Origin: Schizosaccharomyces osmophilus | Taxonomy: Eukaryota | Assembly (NCBI RefSeq): GCF_027921745.1 | Contig: NC_079239.1 | Location: 186,001 to 250,000 of the forward strand | DNA: 64,000 nt | Direction of reading: 5' to 3' | Shown here: positions 1 to 11,223 of the stretch, one piece after another | How the letters are laid out: each line of letters starts with the position of its first letter | Position numbering within the stretch: the first letter of the stretch is position 1 | The notes under the pieces: model-generated | The model's database searches: none | Seen by the model: only the letters and a program-made list of their open reading frames with translations | Told to the model about the DNA's origin: nothing | Translations under genes and position numbers: made by a program

Positions 1-1938
1 ATTTTGACTTCAAAAGGTCAGGGTTTACGATTTGCCGCCCCTGGGCAATTGAATCCTGTTCAACAAAAACAGAAAAATAGGGTTTTAATTTGCGCCCCTA
101 GTAATGCTGCGATAGACGAAATTCTAATGCGATTAAAAGACGGTGTATACGATCATGAAGGAATAAAGTTTATGCCCAAAGTAATTCGGATAGGTTTCAC
201 AGAATCGATTAATGTTCATGCAAAGGAGTTTACATTAGAAGAACAGATGGCTAAACAAATGGAAATCACGAATCTAAAAAAGCATGAAGGATCTTCTGAT
301 TCTGGTGAGCTCAGAAAGAAACATGACGCTATTCTTTTGGAACGTAACAAGTTAAGGGAAAGTGTTGATTCAGTTCGCCAAGCTGGCAAGGATAGCTCCA
401 CACTGGAACTAAAACTTAGGGAAGTTACACGTCAAAAAAATGCCCTTGAACAAAGCTTGGATGAAATGCGCAACAGGCAGCAAAGTGCTAATAGGAGTAT
501 GGATGTAGCTAAAAAACAAATTCAACTTCAACTTCTTCAGGATGCTGACGTAGTTTGCGCGACTTTGTCTGCTAGTGGTCATGAAACATTGCTAAATGCT
601 AACATAAGTTTCCCTACGGTAATAATAGACGAAGCTGCTCAAGCAGTTGAGCTTAGCTCGCTTATTCCTTTAAAATATGAATGCAAACGTTGCATTATGG
701 TCGGTGATCCAAACCAATTACCACCAACTGTGCTCTCGAAATCTGCTTCAAAAAATGGCTATGATCAATCACTTTATGTTCGTATGTTTAAAAGGAACCC
801 AAGTAATACTTATCTTTTAAGCATCCAATATCGAATGCACCCGGAAATCAGCAAATTTCCTAGCCATTACTTTTACCAATCGAAGCTAATTGATGGACCA
901 AATATGGTTTCTGTTGCAGATCGACCTTGGCATCACGACGCTTTGTTTGGTGTTTATCGTTTCTTTAATGTGGTTAGCAGAGAGTCTATATCAAGATCTA
1001 AATCGTTGTACAACGCGGATGAAGCATCATTTGTCCTTTTATTATATGAGAAACTTTCACAAAACTTCATCAATATAGATTTTGAAGGAAAGATTGGTAT
1101 CGTTACACCTTACCGAAGTCAAGTTCAAGAACTTCGCTACCAATTTCAAAAAAAATTTGGATCTGTCATTTTTAAATACCTTGACATACATACAGTAGAT
1201 GGTTTTCAAGGACAAGAAAAAGACATTATTATTTTCTCTTGCGTCAGGAGCTCCATGGGGAATGGTATAGGTTTCTTGCAAGACGTACGACGTCTGAACG
1301 TTGCTTTGACTAGAGCAAGATCTTCATTGTACATTGTGGGTAGTACTGAACCTTTAATGCAGAATGAAGTTTTTCGCAACCTAATAGAGGACGCCAAAAC
1401 AAGGAAGTGCTGGATGCGTGTTACGTTTGAACAGCTGTTGCATTGGAAATCCGATACAAGGAAGGCAAATTCAAAATCGATCAAGGAGCATAATAATGAG
1501 GGTGATGACTTAATTAGAGAGAAATCGGATAGCTTACCACGAAATGAGCGTTCGCCATCATTAACTCCTTATGCAGAACCGAAACAAGAGATTATTAACG
1601 CGCCCACTTCTTCAGGCTCAAATAATATTGCTAAAGACAAGGAACTAACTCGACGTCCGGGCAATGTAAAAAAACCAGATATGATTAACTCAATATTGCC
1701 CAAGGATCCGTCTAAGGAAAAGAAGGAAGATAAGAAGCAGAAAGGGACCGATGATTCAAGTATGCCGCAGAATAAACGTGAGCGCAGTTTTGGTGACCCG
1801 ACTGATAGTAGAAAGCCAAAAAAGCCCAAAGGAGAGAAAAAGCAGGATGATGACCAAAAAACATCTAAAAAGTCGAAGAAACCAAAATCGAAGTTGGCTT
1901 TGGCGGCTATGGCCCGAGGTTTTCGTCCACCGACTTAG
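1..1938 (+). CDS. dbl8: Sen1/senataxin-like superfamily 1 RNA/DNA helicase, C-terminal part (5' truncated by window edge)
   Basis: Upf1-like helicase motifs ICAPSNAAIDE, IIDEAAQ, VGDPNQLPP, QYRM, TVDGFQGQEKD, RRLNVALTRAR. Called dbl8 rather than sen1 because of recalled synteny next to tri1. Confidence 0.88.
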   Translation: MLTSKGQGLRFAAPGQLNPVQQKQKNRVLICAPSNAAIDEILMRLKDGVYDHEGIKFMPKVIRIGFTESINVHAKEFTLEEQMAKQMEITNLKKHEGSSDSGELRKKHDAILLERNKLRESVDSVRQAGKDSSTLELKLREVTRQKNALEQSLDEMRNRQQSANRSMDVAKKQIQLQLLQDADVVCATLSASGHETLLNANISFPTVIIDEAAQAVELSSLIPLKYECKRCIMVGDPNQLPPTVLSKSASKNGYDQSLYVRMFKRNPSNTYLLSIQYRMHPEISKFPSHYFYQSKLIDGPNMVSVADRPWHHDALFGVYRFFNVVSRESISRSKSLYNADEASFVLLLYEKLSQNFINIDFEGKIGIVTPYRSQVQELRYQFQKKFGSVIFKYLDIHTVDGFQGQEKDIIIFSCVRSSMGNGIGFLQDVRRLNVALTRARSSLYIVGSTEPLMQNEVFRNLIEDAKTRKCWMRVTFEQLLHWKSDTRKANSKSIKEHNNEGDDLIREKSDSLPRNERSPSLTPYAEPKQEIINAPTSSGSNNIAKDKELTRRPGNVKKPDMINSILPKDPSKEKKEDKKQKGTDDSSMPQNKRERSFGDPTDSRKPKKPKGEKKQDDDQKTSKKSKKPKSKLALAAMARGFRPPT

Positions 1939-2385
1939 TTTGAAAGAAATTGATAATGTGCATGGTTCATCTCATAGTGGTGACTTGACTATTTTGCTTC
2001 CTGACTATCATGTTTACTCATTTGTATGCTAATTTCCTTTTTTTTTTTTGCTTTTTATTTAATTAGTTAATATAGAGTGATACAATCTTTGGGAACATGC
2101 TATCGGACCGGAACATAATAAATTTTATTAATAAATTATCTTAAAATTACTGATTTCTGGCTGTTACATGAAAGCGATCTGTATATTCCTTTTTTCAGGC
2201 CTATAGGAACGACTTCTTACACGAAGAGTACATCATTACCAAATCTATAAACATCTGGTAATATGTTTATATAGTAGGTTTGGACATTTATTAAAACATT
2301 AGCAATTACGTTAGCCGTTTAAAGTATTATCTTTTGTTTCTTACTTTGGCTTATGACACAGAAGCTCTTAAAAAACGATAATTGA

Positions 2386-3660
2386 ATGGAGGTCAACGGT
2401 GATAATTTCGTGACAGAATTAAATATTTTACAAAATGAGGTTGAGGGTGCAGCTTATATTGCTATCGATTGTGAGTTTTCAGGGCTATTAGGCAAAACTA
2501 AGGATGACCAAGACTCACTAATGAATGAAGACCATACTTCGTTCATAAGACAGTTTGAGGGTCTTCGAGAAAGGGCTTTGAAATATGCAATTCTCCAGAT
2601 AGGATTAACCTTCATTTCTTTTGCCAAGGATGGATCAGCTTCATGCACTCCGTACACGATTAACCTTACTCCTCTGACAGATACAAACCTGTTTTTTCGA
2701 AGAGATTATTGTATGGAAACATCAAGTTTGGCTTTTCTTCTGCGACATGGATTTGATTTTCAAAAGCAGCTTGACGGGGGTGTACGTTACCTATCTAAGA
2801 AAGAAGAATCATTTCTCTACCGAAAATTTAAAAATCAAATGCACACGAAATCAGAATTCATATCTCTCGATGCTACCGCAGAGTCGTTGGTGAGAGAAAC
2901 CAAAGCTCAGATTGAAGAATGGCGTTCAAATTTAGACAGGGATGGCGCATGCGATTATTTAAACGTGGATACATCAAACCGTTATTATCAGAAAGTAATA
3001 CACAATTTAGTTGAATCTCAATACGTCGGTCTCCAAAGCATATCGAAAAATAGTTTCATTCAAATTCGCATGTCTGAGTCTCGTAATTCACCACCTTTCA
3101 AACGTCAAATTCCTGACGCGGATTCAGTGGATCAAAAAAAAAGGACTATCTATGAAAAAAGAATTCAATTACTTGACGAGGCTGTTGGGTTTCGCAAGCT
3201 TTGGGATTACTTGCTTTCAAAGAGAAAGCGGATAATATGCCACAATGGTTTAGCTGATCTATTGTTTTTGTTTTCTATTTTCGAAGGAGATCTCCCAAAA
3301 ACCTATAATGAATTTAAAAATGTACTTTACACTTCGTTTGAATCTGTATATGACACCAAAGTGCTGTATACAAAATCTCCACTTCTTCGGCATGTCATTG
3401 ACAACGGCTCTTCTAATCTACAAGCTTTGGTCGAGAAAATACAAATCACTAGTACGAAAATTAGTCAACTTTGCTCTCGTGTGTCTTTACTAGATCGAGG
3501 CCCTTATAGCATTATGATGAATAGGAAAAATTCACATGAAGCAGGAAAGGATGCCTACGATACCGCTATAGCATTTCTGTACTACCTTAATTATACTCCT
3601 CATTCAGATATTGAAGGATGTAGCAACATTTTATTCCTTAATGGTCAATATCTAGTTTAA
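2386..3660 (+). CDS. tri1: Triman, CAF1/PARN-family DEDDh 3'-5' exoribonuclease (small-RNA trimming)
   Basis: ExoI IAIDCEFSGL, ExoII HNGLADL and ExoIII HEAGKDA motifs are intact; PARN-like GFDFQKQLDGGVRYLS; 424 aa. Confidence 0.88.
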   Translation: MEVNGDNFVTELNILQNEVEGAAYIAIDCEFSGLLGKTKDDQDSLMNEDHTSFIRQFEGLRERALKYAILQIGLTFISFAKDGSASCTPYTINLTPLTDTNLFFRRDYCMETSSLAFLLRHGFDFQKQLDGGVRYLSKKEESFLYRKFKNQMHTKSEFISLDATAESLVRETKAQIEEWRSNLDRDGACDYLNVDTSNRYYQKVIHNLVESQYVGLQSISKNSFIQIRMSESRNSPPFKRQIPDADSVDQKKRTIYEKRIQLLDEAVGFRKLWDYLLSKRKRIICHNGLADLLFLFSIFEGDLPKTYNEFKNVLYTSFESVYDTKVLYTKSPLLRHVIDNGSSNLQALVEKIQITSTKISQLCSRVSLLDRGPYSIMMNRKNSHEAGKDAYDTAIAFLYYLNYTPHSDIEGCSNILFLNGQYLV

Positions 3661-3746
3661 ATGCAGCGTTAGAACGGTTAATATATATGAGTGAAAAACA
3701 CCACCTTATGTGAATGTTTGAACGTAGTTCCACAGGTAAGATTGAT

Positions 3747-5123
3747 CTAGGATAAGACGCCAATGCCACCCCAGCTGCAAGCATCATCTCCATGGTGCTT
3801 GGTGTAGGCGTCCAAAGCAAGACTTAGCTGTTGCTTACCAGTGCAACCAGTGAACTTTCCATAATGACCGTTATAAGAATCGCTGCTAATATCAGCGCAA
3901 GCTTCTTGGTCATAGTAGCACAATTCACCCAAGACTTGACCAATCTTAGAGCCTTCAGCTTCACCTTGCACAGAGCAGTGAAGGTTTTTGACAGCATCCT
4001 CACAGAAAGTGGCATTGGGAGTAACTGGGAAGGCCTCAGAAGTGACAGGCCAACTAGTCTCGTTTCTGGTAGGACATTCGGGAAGAGAGATATCTGTGGT
4101 ATTATAAGAAAGTTTTGACACCTTTTCTGGATTGATACTAGCCCATTGTTTCTGTAGATTTTCAAAATCGGTGTTTTTTACACGCTCACCGTCGGAAGTT
4201 ATGTTGACTAACCCATAGCCATTTACTTCTTCAGAGAACTCGTATACGATACCACCACTCCAAACGTCGGTCATGTTTTTGGAGTAAATTGTTTGAACTT
4301 CAGAGAAGACACGGGGGGAGATGATATTGCAGCCAAACTCAGAGAAGAAGATGGGAACAGTGATGTCTTGGAGTTCATTTGTACGAGCAGCGTAACCAGA
4401 TTTATAAAAATCTGACTGACCACACCATTCATAATTATTGTAACCCAAAAAGTCAACCTCAGTAACATTGTCGTGAGGGGACTTGGTAGCGTTACAGGTT
4501 AAGTAAGCAGCGAGTTCATTACGAATACCAGGAATATCGGCACCGGCATAACCAACAGGAATGCTGCGATACTTTTTAGACTTAATGTAGGACTTCAAGT
4601 CACGGACGGCAGAGCGAACGTAAGCCGCAGAAGGCACATTGCTAGCATTATTGACAACCTCGTTACCGGCAAAGAAGCCAGCAGTGTTGTTGTATTTGGA
4701 AAAAACATCAACGACTTGTTTGTAGGCATCGTATCCAGTAGAGGTCCAAGTAGGATCTGTACGATCAATACCGGTAGAGGGGTTTGCGACGTCCAAAAAG
4801 ACGTAGATGCTTTCATTCTTAAAAGCGTTCATACATTTATCGTGGTCTAAACTAGCGTTCACAGAGTATACGCGAATTGTATTTGCACCAAGAGAGCGAA
4901 TCAATTGGGCGTCACCGCTGCAGTTCTTGTTGGCAGCATCGGCTAAAGGATCAACAATAGTAGTAGTGAACTCGGCATCCACTTTAGGTTGATAGGCGAC
5001 ACCTTTGATGTAAAATTGGGTATCGTTTTGAAAAAACTTTCTTCCCTTGACGGTCAAAGGCTCAAGGGCAAAGGCAGTTGACGAGGCCGTCAAGAGGGAA
5101 AGAGCTAAATGAAGGAAATGCAT
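3747..5123 (-). CDS. gas2: GH72 beta-1,3-glucanosyltransferase with C-terminal Cys-rich X8 domain
   Basis: Start reassigned to ATG 5123, giving signal peptide MHFLHLALSLLTASSTAFA. Motifs FYIKGVAYQP, AGNEV and FFSEFGC; 458 aa; no obvious GPI tail. Confidence 0.9.
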   Translation of the reverse strand: MHFLHLALSLLTASSTAFALEPLTVKGRKFFQNDTQFYIKGVAYQPKVDAEFTTTIVDPLADAANKNCSGDAQLIRSLGANTIRVYSVNASLDHDKCMNAFKNESIYVFLDVANPSTGIDRTDPTWTSTGYDAYKQVVDVFSKYNNTAGFFAGNEVVNNASNVPSAAYVRSAVRDLKSYIKSKKYRSIPVGYAGADIPGIRNELAAYLTCNATKSPHDNVTEVDFLGYNNYEWCGQSDFYKSGYAARTNELQDITVPIFFSEFGCNIISPRVFSEVQTIYSKNMTDVWSGGIVYEFSEEVNGYGLVNITSDGERVKNTDFENLQKQWASINPEKVSKLSYNTTDISLPECPTRNETSWPVTSEAFPVTPNATFCEDAVKNLHCSVQGEAEGSKIGQVLGELCYYDQEACADISSDSYNGHYGKFTGCTGKQQLSLALDAYTKHHGDDACSWGGIGVLS

Positions 5124-6142
5124 GATGATGAAGTTGGAAAACAGAATGAAATGAACCCAAGTAAGACGAATTGAGATAAATGAAAGAAAACAAGGAAACA
5201 CACAAGGATATTATCTAGCGTTGAGTAGGTTCAAATGTCTAGAGTACGAAATGAGAAACAGATTGAACTTGCTGTAAGATTTTTTTTTTAAATACAATAC
5301 AATGAAGATAAATAAAACGCAAAAGAGAGAGCAAAAGAGATGAAAAACAAAAGAAAGACAACAGGCACCGTTTTTGGTTTTGGTTCGCCGTTTCCTATGA
5401 GATGGATAATCTCTACCAATTTCAACGGCCTTGGTAGAATTTCTTTTTCTGGTGCCAAAGAGTAGGTTGTACTTGGCAACTTCGTTCCTTCCGTTTATAT
5501 ATATAGACGGCGGAAACTTCGGAACTCCGTAAAGGTCCCGACAATTCATGATGCCGTTACTTTCGGAAGGAACAATGAATTCATACTGCTTGAAGAACAA
5601 TGACACTCAACACCCCCAAAAGACGTGTATGTTGGAGCTAAGTTGGGTCACAGATGAAGTGTAGCTTGGTAGGCCCGAGGCTTTCTTGTACACCTTCAAA
5701 GAGGATAAAGGAATGTAGTGGATTTTATATAAACTAGAAAATACTCTTTGACAGTTTTGTTTAGGTCTTCACGAGTTTCATGATCGGGTGTGTCGTAAAT
5801 TGGGAACGAATTCACCAAGGAATCCACAGTTGTGCTTGATGGTTCCAGTACGAAACGATTATTGTTTATAGTTGTACTCTTTAATTTGCTTTATTTATTA
5901 AAATATATATTTATATTTATCTTTTTCTTTTTCTTTTTGTCTCTTTTCTGCTTCTTTGAAAAAAACTGAGCTTACATTGCAATTCATATTGCTAGCTTGT
6001 CATTAAAAAAGTAATCAGATCGAGGTTTTTATGTTAAGACACATAACAGAAATAAGAAAGTCCGATTTTTATTTCATTTCTATATCATAGTATATTACCA
6101 TATCCCAAATCAAAGTTTCCCGAAAGGCAACTTTGCTTTTAT

Positions 6143-9100
6143 TTATGTACTCAAGGGAGATGAATCACGAGGATAGCGACAATACTTGTCTTGGACGCTT
6201 AACACTGTATAGACACCTTCCGTTGAACTTAATACCTTATATTCATAATCATAAATTCCAGTGATTGTGTGCATTTCCAAAATTTTGCCAGGTCCTTTCC
6301 TTCCTATGGCTTTTCGACAGTATGTAAAAGAAAAGGGTGGCGTACCTGTAAAGTGGAACGAAATCTCCGCTTGATCGCCTTCATGAATGTTTTCAATCAC
6401 CTCTCCACCGTCACTAACCTTTACTGTAGGAATGTCGTACACTCGATTTTGAATTGGGGGATCAAGCTCAGCGCGGCAAGGACTACCATGATCTGATATT
6501 GACTTCATGGTGACCAAACCAGGGAACTCGGCTATCCTTGTAAAAATGTGTTGGTTACTCTTTGCATGTTTTTTGTTGCCATTGAATTCATAATCAATTT
6601 CAAAGGGCGGCGCTCCTTGCAAAGCATAAGAAAGTCGATCGCCCACACAAAAGTATTCATGGGATTCTATCGGAACCATAGAAGCCTTTTCTGCAACACT
6701 AACCGTTACAATGGGATCTTCCTTGGGTATACTTGATTGACATCCATTGCCATCACGTACATGCAGTAAGCGCACTGTATGTTTTCCAAGTGTTAATTGA
6801 TCCTTGGGAAATATAAACTTGTAAACCGGTCCATACACTTCATTCACTGTTATTTTATTCACAGCTCCCGTCATTTCGTTTTTTATTTCAAATCCCATAG
6901 CAAACGGCCCCTTTCCATTCAGCTTAACACCAATCTGTTGTTCTTCTAAATAGTTACTGTCCGAATGTATACAGAATGTGTAAAGCTTATTGGACTCCAT
7001 AAACGAAGCCACCGGTAATTTATTCACCTTCTGGTGAATTATTAATTTGTGAGAACCCCATTCATCAACTGTACGTGCCTCCACTTTGTCGTACAGGGCA
7101 TCCGACAGTCGAAGGAACTCATACTTATACGTACCAAAGTGTGATGTATCCGTCTTTAGTAAAACGCCATTTTGCATAGTAGATACTTCTGATCGTTGAG
7201 CCGAGTGGTGTCTGCCATTTTCATCAACAAGTGATTTTTCATACTCTAGAACATAAGGACTAGCTCCATTAAGCTCAATATCAAATGCACTACCCTCACC
7301 AGCACAAACAGGTTCCTGTTCGTAATGGTAGGCATGTGAGGTCTTCCAAGAAGCCTTCAAAGGCATAGACAAAGAAGGCTTAGGAAGCCACTCAACTTCA
7401 TACGCTTGTAGAGGATTTTGAATAGAACCTGGGCAAGAGCTATCCCTAACGGAAACTAGCGAGTATGTTCCTGCTTTATTGACGTTAAGATGGCTATTGG
7501 GGTCATGGAAAACAGCTTGATAGCGAGTAGGTTTGCCATCGGGAGATACATGATCATATTCGATAAACCAAGGCTGTTCGCCAGCAAGTCGCAAAGGAAT
7601 TGACAGCATGGAATTTTGCACAGACTCTAAACGATAGTTTCCATCAGAGGAATAAAACGTAGCAGTTGGCCTTTGTCTACGTACTTTTATTATCGTGTCA
7701 GCAGTATTCAAAGCCCGCTTACAACCATTCGCATCTTCAACGCTTACTAAGGTAATGGTGTATTGAGAACCATGGATAAGTGCTGGTGTCTCTATCATAT
7801 ACCGTTGATTTTTAGACTCAACAACTTGAATGCTTTCGCGTTTGTTATTTCTAAGAATTTCGTATTCAAGCTTCCATGGAGAAGAACCAACCAATGAGAC
7901 GGGAATCTTTATAGTATCACCAATACAGCAGCTCTTTACTATCGAACTCATTTCTCCGTTTGTATTTTCTTCGAATGCGGCATCGGCCAAAGGGAAAACA
8001 GTTTGCTCTTTACTGTAAGCTGAGCCAGAAAGTTCTTTGTATCCGTAGTTGGCGTCTTCAACCCCTAAAATAACATATCGGTACTTTCCTGACCTCTTAG
8101 GAGTAAAGTTCAATTGATAGCGAGTGCGATCGGTCGTGATATATTGTATACGGGAGGCTTTATTGTCTTTGATCATCCGGTAAGCGACCTTAAAGGGAGG
8201 CGTGCCTTCAAACTCAAGATCGGCACGCGCACCTATAGAGCCGGCGCACTGATCCGATATTTCCTCGAAGCCAACATGTAGCTTGGTTTCTGGTGGTGTC
8301 ACAACCAAGCACGTATTAGGCACTAAAACGTCTCCTGAGCAATATTTTGAAGAAACTCCAGAAAGCACATAAATGCCTGTTTCTTTAACTTTGACAGAAG
8401 GCGAATGAGGCTCTAGTTTATAAGTATCTTGAGAGTTGGGAGCAACTGTTAGATTTTGTGGGTCTAAACCTAAATCATATCGACCAAGTGAAACTTCCAA
8501 GTCGTCTGCTAAATTATAAGATGTAGCGATTGACAAAGAAACATCTTTTCCTGGAAAAAGATTGGCAGGATTTTCAAGTGAACATTCACGGAATTTGACC
8601 TCGGGTCTCTGATGAACTAAAACCTTGTAAGTGTGATCAGACAATTGGTCGGACTCATCTTCATTGTTGGAATATTTTGCAAAAAATTCTTCAACCGAAG
8701 GAAATACGTAAGTATTTCCAAAGACATCAGTGACATTTTCAATGGCATATAACCACTCCCCGTAAGTTTCTAACGGGGTGCCAATAGGAATTTGAACTTC
8801 AGAAGATTTCGCATACTGCATATCCAAACCTTTATAAAAGGCGATGTCTTTAGGATTGTTTGAAAGCATCAAAGGATGCAAACGATAATCCTTTGGAACA
8901 ACGGAATCGATAAAGTAAGTGTTGGATCGCTTTCCGTCCCATGTTTTGTAGGAAAGCTTTAAGGGAGGTACACCAATTACGTCTAACTCGATCGAATCTT
9001 CGTCACCCACACATTTTTCATGAGTGTGGACACTAAATTTAGATGAGGTTAAAGCTGCTGAAGGGCAACTAACTACCACAGCTTCAGAGCGCACAACCCG

Positions 9101-9877
9101 AACACCCAAATTTGATTTATCGACCACTTTTTTAAGTTTATACAAACCACGTTTGTTAGCCTTAATATAAATAGTCTGTAAACGAGGATCTTTAGGATTT
9201 CGTATGCTTGTCGTGACAAGCTTTTTTAAAGCACGGCCAGAAAGCTCAGTTTCACTTTCTAAATCAGAGGAAAAGTCTCTATAGGAATACACGATTGATT
9301 TTGGGGTGGTTGAATTAAACTGAACCGCGAATTCCACAAAGTCATTTTTGCCATTTTCAGGTAAACAGAAATGTTGGTTATCAGGATTTAGCTTTGCAGT
9401 TCCCTCTGGAAGGATCTGTACAGTATACTGGCCTAAAATCCTTGAAGAGTTATGTAGCACAGACCTAGGATTGATTTTATGTTCTGCAATTGCGTATTCT
9501 TTTTCTTTCCAATATGGAAAAACAATACTTCCAAGAGTCACTACTCGTAAGCTTGATATGGAAATCAGCAACAGGTTGAGTGTAGCAAAAGCGACAATCT
9601 GCAAAATCGTCGTAGTGGGCTGAAACGAAAGCCAGGGTATACGGAAACGAGGTAAAATCTGCAAATATAAAGCGTCTATTAGTATCCATTTTACCAAGAA
9701 ACTTGTCTTTGAACCCTCTAAATAACTACTAGTCCCTAACTTGAAAAGATCGTAAATTTTGTAAGCTTGAAGTGCTATGAGTACGCCAATGGCGTAGAAT
9801 CGCTGACTAGGAGCATCAATTATTGATTCTGATACTAAAGGCCTTGGTCGTTCACGAGAACTGACGCGGGAGACCAT
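6143..9877 (-). CDS. pom152: Transmembrane nucleoporin Pom152
   Basis: N-terminal IIDAPSQRFY and TM region, then repeated Ig-like modules (G.PPF.V.Y, L.SV.D..GC); 1244 aa. Confidence 0.93.
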   Translation of the reverse strand: MVSRVSSRERPRPLVSESIIDAPSQRFYAIGVLIALQAYKIYDLFKLGTSSYLEGSKTSFLVKWILIDALYLQILPRFRIPWLSFQPTTTILQIVAFATLNLLLISISSLRVVTLGSIVFPYWKEKEYAIAEHKINPRSVLHNSSRILGQYTVQILPEGTAKLNPDNQHFCLPENGKNDFVEFAVQFNSTTPKSIVYSYRDFSSDLESETELSGRALKKLVTTSIRNPKDPRLQTIYIKANKRGLYKLKKVVDKSNLGVRVVRSEAVVVSCPSAALTSSKFSVHTHEKCVGDEDSIELDVIGVPPLKLSYKTWDGKRSNTYFIDSVVPKDYRLHPLMLSNNPKDIAFYKGLDMQYAKSSEVQIPIGTPLETYGEWLYAIENVTDVFGNTYVFPSVEEFFAKYSNNEDESDQLSDHTYKVLVHQRPEVKFRECSLENPANLFPGKDVSLSIATSYNLADDLEVSLGRYDLGLDPQNLTVAPNSQDTYKLEPHSPSVKVKETGIYVLSGVSSKYCSGDVLVPNTCLVVTPPETKLHVGFEEISDQCAGSIGARADLEFEGTPPFKVAYRMIKDNKASRIQYITTDRTRYQLNFTPKRSGKYRYVILGVEDANYGYKELSGSAYSKEQTVFPLADAAFEENTNGEMSSIVKSCCIGDTIKIPVSLVGSSPWKLEYEILRNNKRESIQVVESKNQRYMIETPALIHGSQYTITLVSVEDANGCKRALNTADTIIKVRRQRPTATFYSSDGNYRLESVQNSMLSIPLRLAGEQPWFIEYDHVSPDGKPTRYQAVFHDPNSHLNVNKAGTYSLVSVRDSSCPGSIQNPLQAYEVEWLPKPSLSMPLKASWKTSHAYHYEQEPVCAGEGSAFDIELNGASPYVLEYEKSLVDENGRHHSAQRSEVSTMQNGVLLKTDTSHFGTYKYEFLRLSDALYDKVEARTVDEWGSHKLIIHQKVNKLPVASFMESNKLYTFCIHSDSNYLEEQQIGVKLNGKGPFAMGFEIKNEMTGAVNKITVNEVYGPVYKFIFPKDQLTLGKHTVRLLHVRDGNGCQSSIPKEDPIVTVSVAEKASMVPIESHEYFCVGDRLSYALQGAPPFEIDYEFNGNKKHAKSNQHIFTRIAEFPGLVTMKSISDHGSPCRAELDPPIQNRVYDIPTVKVSDGGEVIENIHEGDQAEISFHFTGTPPFSFTYCRKAIGRKGPGKILEMHTITGIYDYEYKVLSSTEGVYTVLSVQDKYCRYPRDSSPLST

Positions 9878-10001
9878 AGCATACCTTGGGTGTAGGAAGG
9901 TGGTATTGGTGAGAAGGAAGATATCCCTCCGAGAACACCTTCACATTCCATCGACGCTTCAATTCAGTGAAGTTGTTATCCATTCTTGAATAAAAAAAAG
10001 G

Positions 10002-11013
10002 ATGGAATTAGATGAAACACAATTTGAAAAATTTATAGGATTGTTCAGCATAAGACCTGAAGATTTTCCATACAACCAAGATGTTAGGTTGAACATTAAA
10101 TCATTGAGACAAAACCATGTAGACCACCAGCTCTTTTTTGATGTTTTATTCTTTTTTATTGATGCCATTAAAGAACCAGAAGTTTGTTATCCGCCGTCCT
10201 CTATGAGTGACTTGAAAAACCTGTTTTTAACCATCGACTCATCTAATATCGATGAGCTTAAGCAGCAATGCTTCTATTACTACTTACTAAAAGATTGGGG
10301 AAAAAGTGAAACATATGCCGACCAAATATTACTACCTTTCAATTTCCGTCATTTAATTGATGGTTATTACGCTTTAGATCATTTGAATTTTGAGGTACGC
10401 TAGAGAAATGGGGTGTATAGTTTTATATGACTATTCATCTGTCGCTTTGAATAATGAATTAACAAATGTAGGAAGCGCTTGATCACTTCTTACAGCCCGA
10501 TGTATTACCTAACTTTCCTGACAAGATTCTAGAGACATTTTATCGGCACGACAAATTCTATCAGATGATTCGTTTTGTACAGTTTGTGAATCCACCTTTG
10601 GATACATTTAGAAAGCAAGAGTGCTATACTCTCGCTCTTGCAAGATTTAGTTTTCTGAGTGCTTTTAATTTCATGGTATTGCAATCGTTATCTACAAAGA
10701 TATGCTAACTGAATTACAGAAAAAATGCATGCATCCACTTATCTTATGGGAAGGACTTCTTCATGTAATTTTGGACTCCAATGATAAAGATTCTTGCAAG
10801 TTAATCGTTTCACTTCCTTTAATTGAAGAAGAAATCGATATTATGGTGTCTGTTTTAAGCTCAGAAAAAGAACCTCTATACCTCGATACTCTCTTAGCTT
10901 TCCTCATACAGTCAGGCAGAATACATGAAGCTTGTCAGTTAGCAGCTTCTAATCCCTATCTTAATGAGTCTCCGATCTCTTCTGCTTTACAAAAGCTAGG
11001 CGTTTCAAATTGA
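10002..11013 (+). CDS. ely5: ELYS-like nucleoporin Ely5, 3 exons
   Basis: Exons 10002-10394, 10472-10675, 10720-11013. Introns GTACGC..TTAAC..TAG and GTATTG..CTAAC..CAG give an open 296-aa frame with an ELYS-type YYYLLKDW...IDGYYALDH segment. Confidence 0.85.
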
Positions 11014-11223
11014 ATTTTTGTTTTCTGATTTATGTACACTTTATAATAGACTGTCCAAATGCTGTTATTCATGAAGTCATCTTCATATAAAACCAATTAG
11101 TACCCATTGAAATAAATGATATATAAATATGTAAGTCCAAAGTAAACCATTGAAAAGAATGACAAGGTAGATTTCTAATACACGAAACGTACAAATGAAG
11201 GTAAATAGCATGGTATATCAGAA

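Noticed and set aside
5124..5201. N-terminal extensions in the ORF track for gas2, exo1, the orphan gene, GRIP protein, Sec14-like and pnc1
   Set aside because: They come from GTG/TTG or upstream starts in UTR-like sequence; family-typical N-termini begin at the downstream ATGs.
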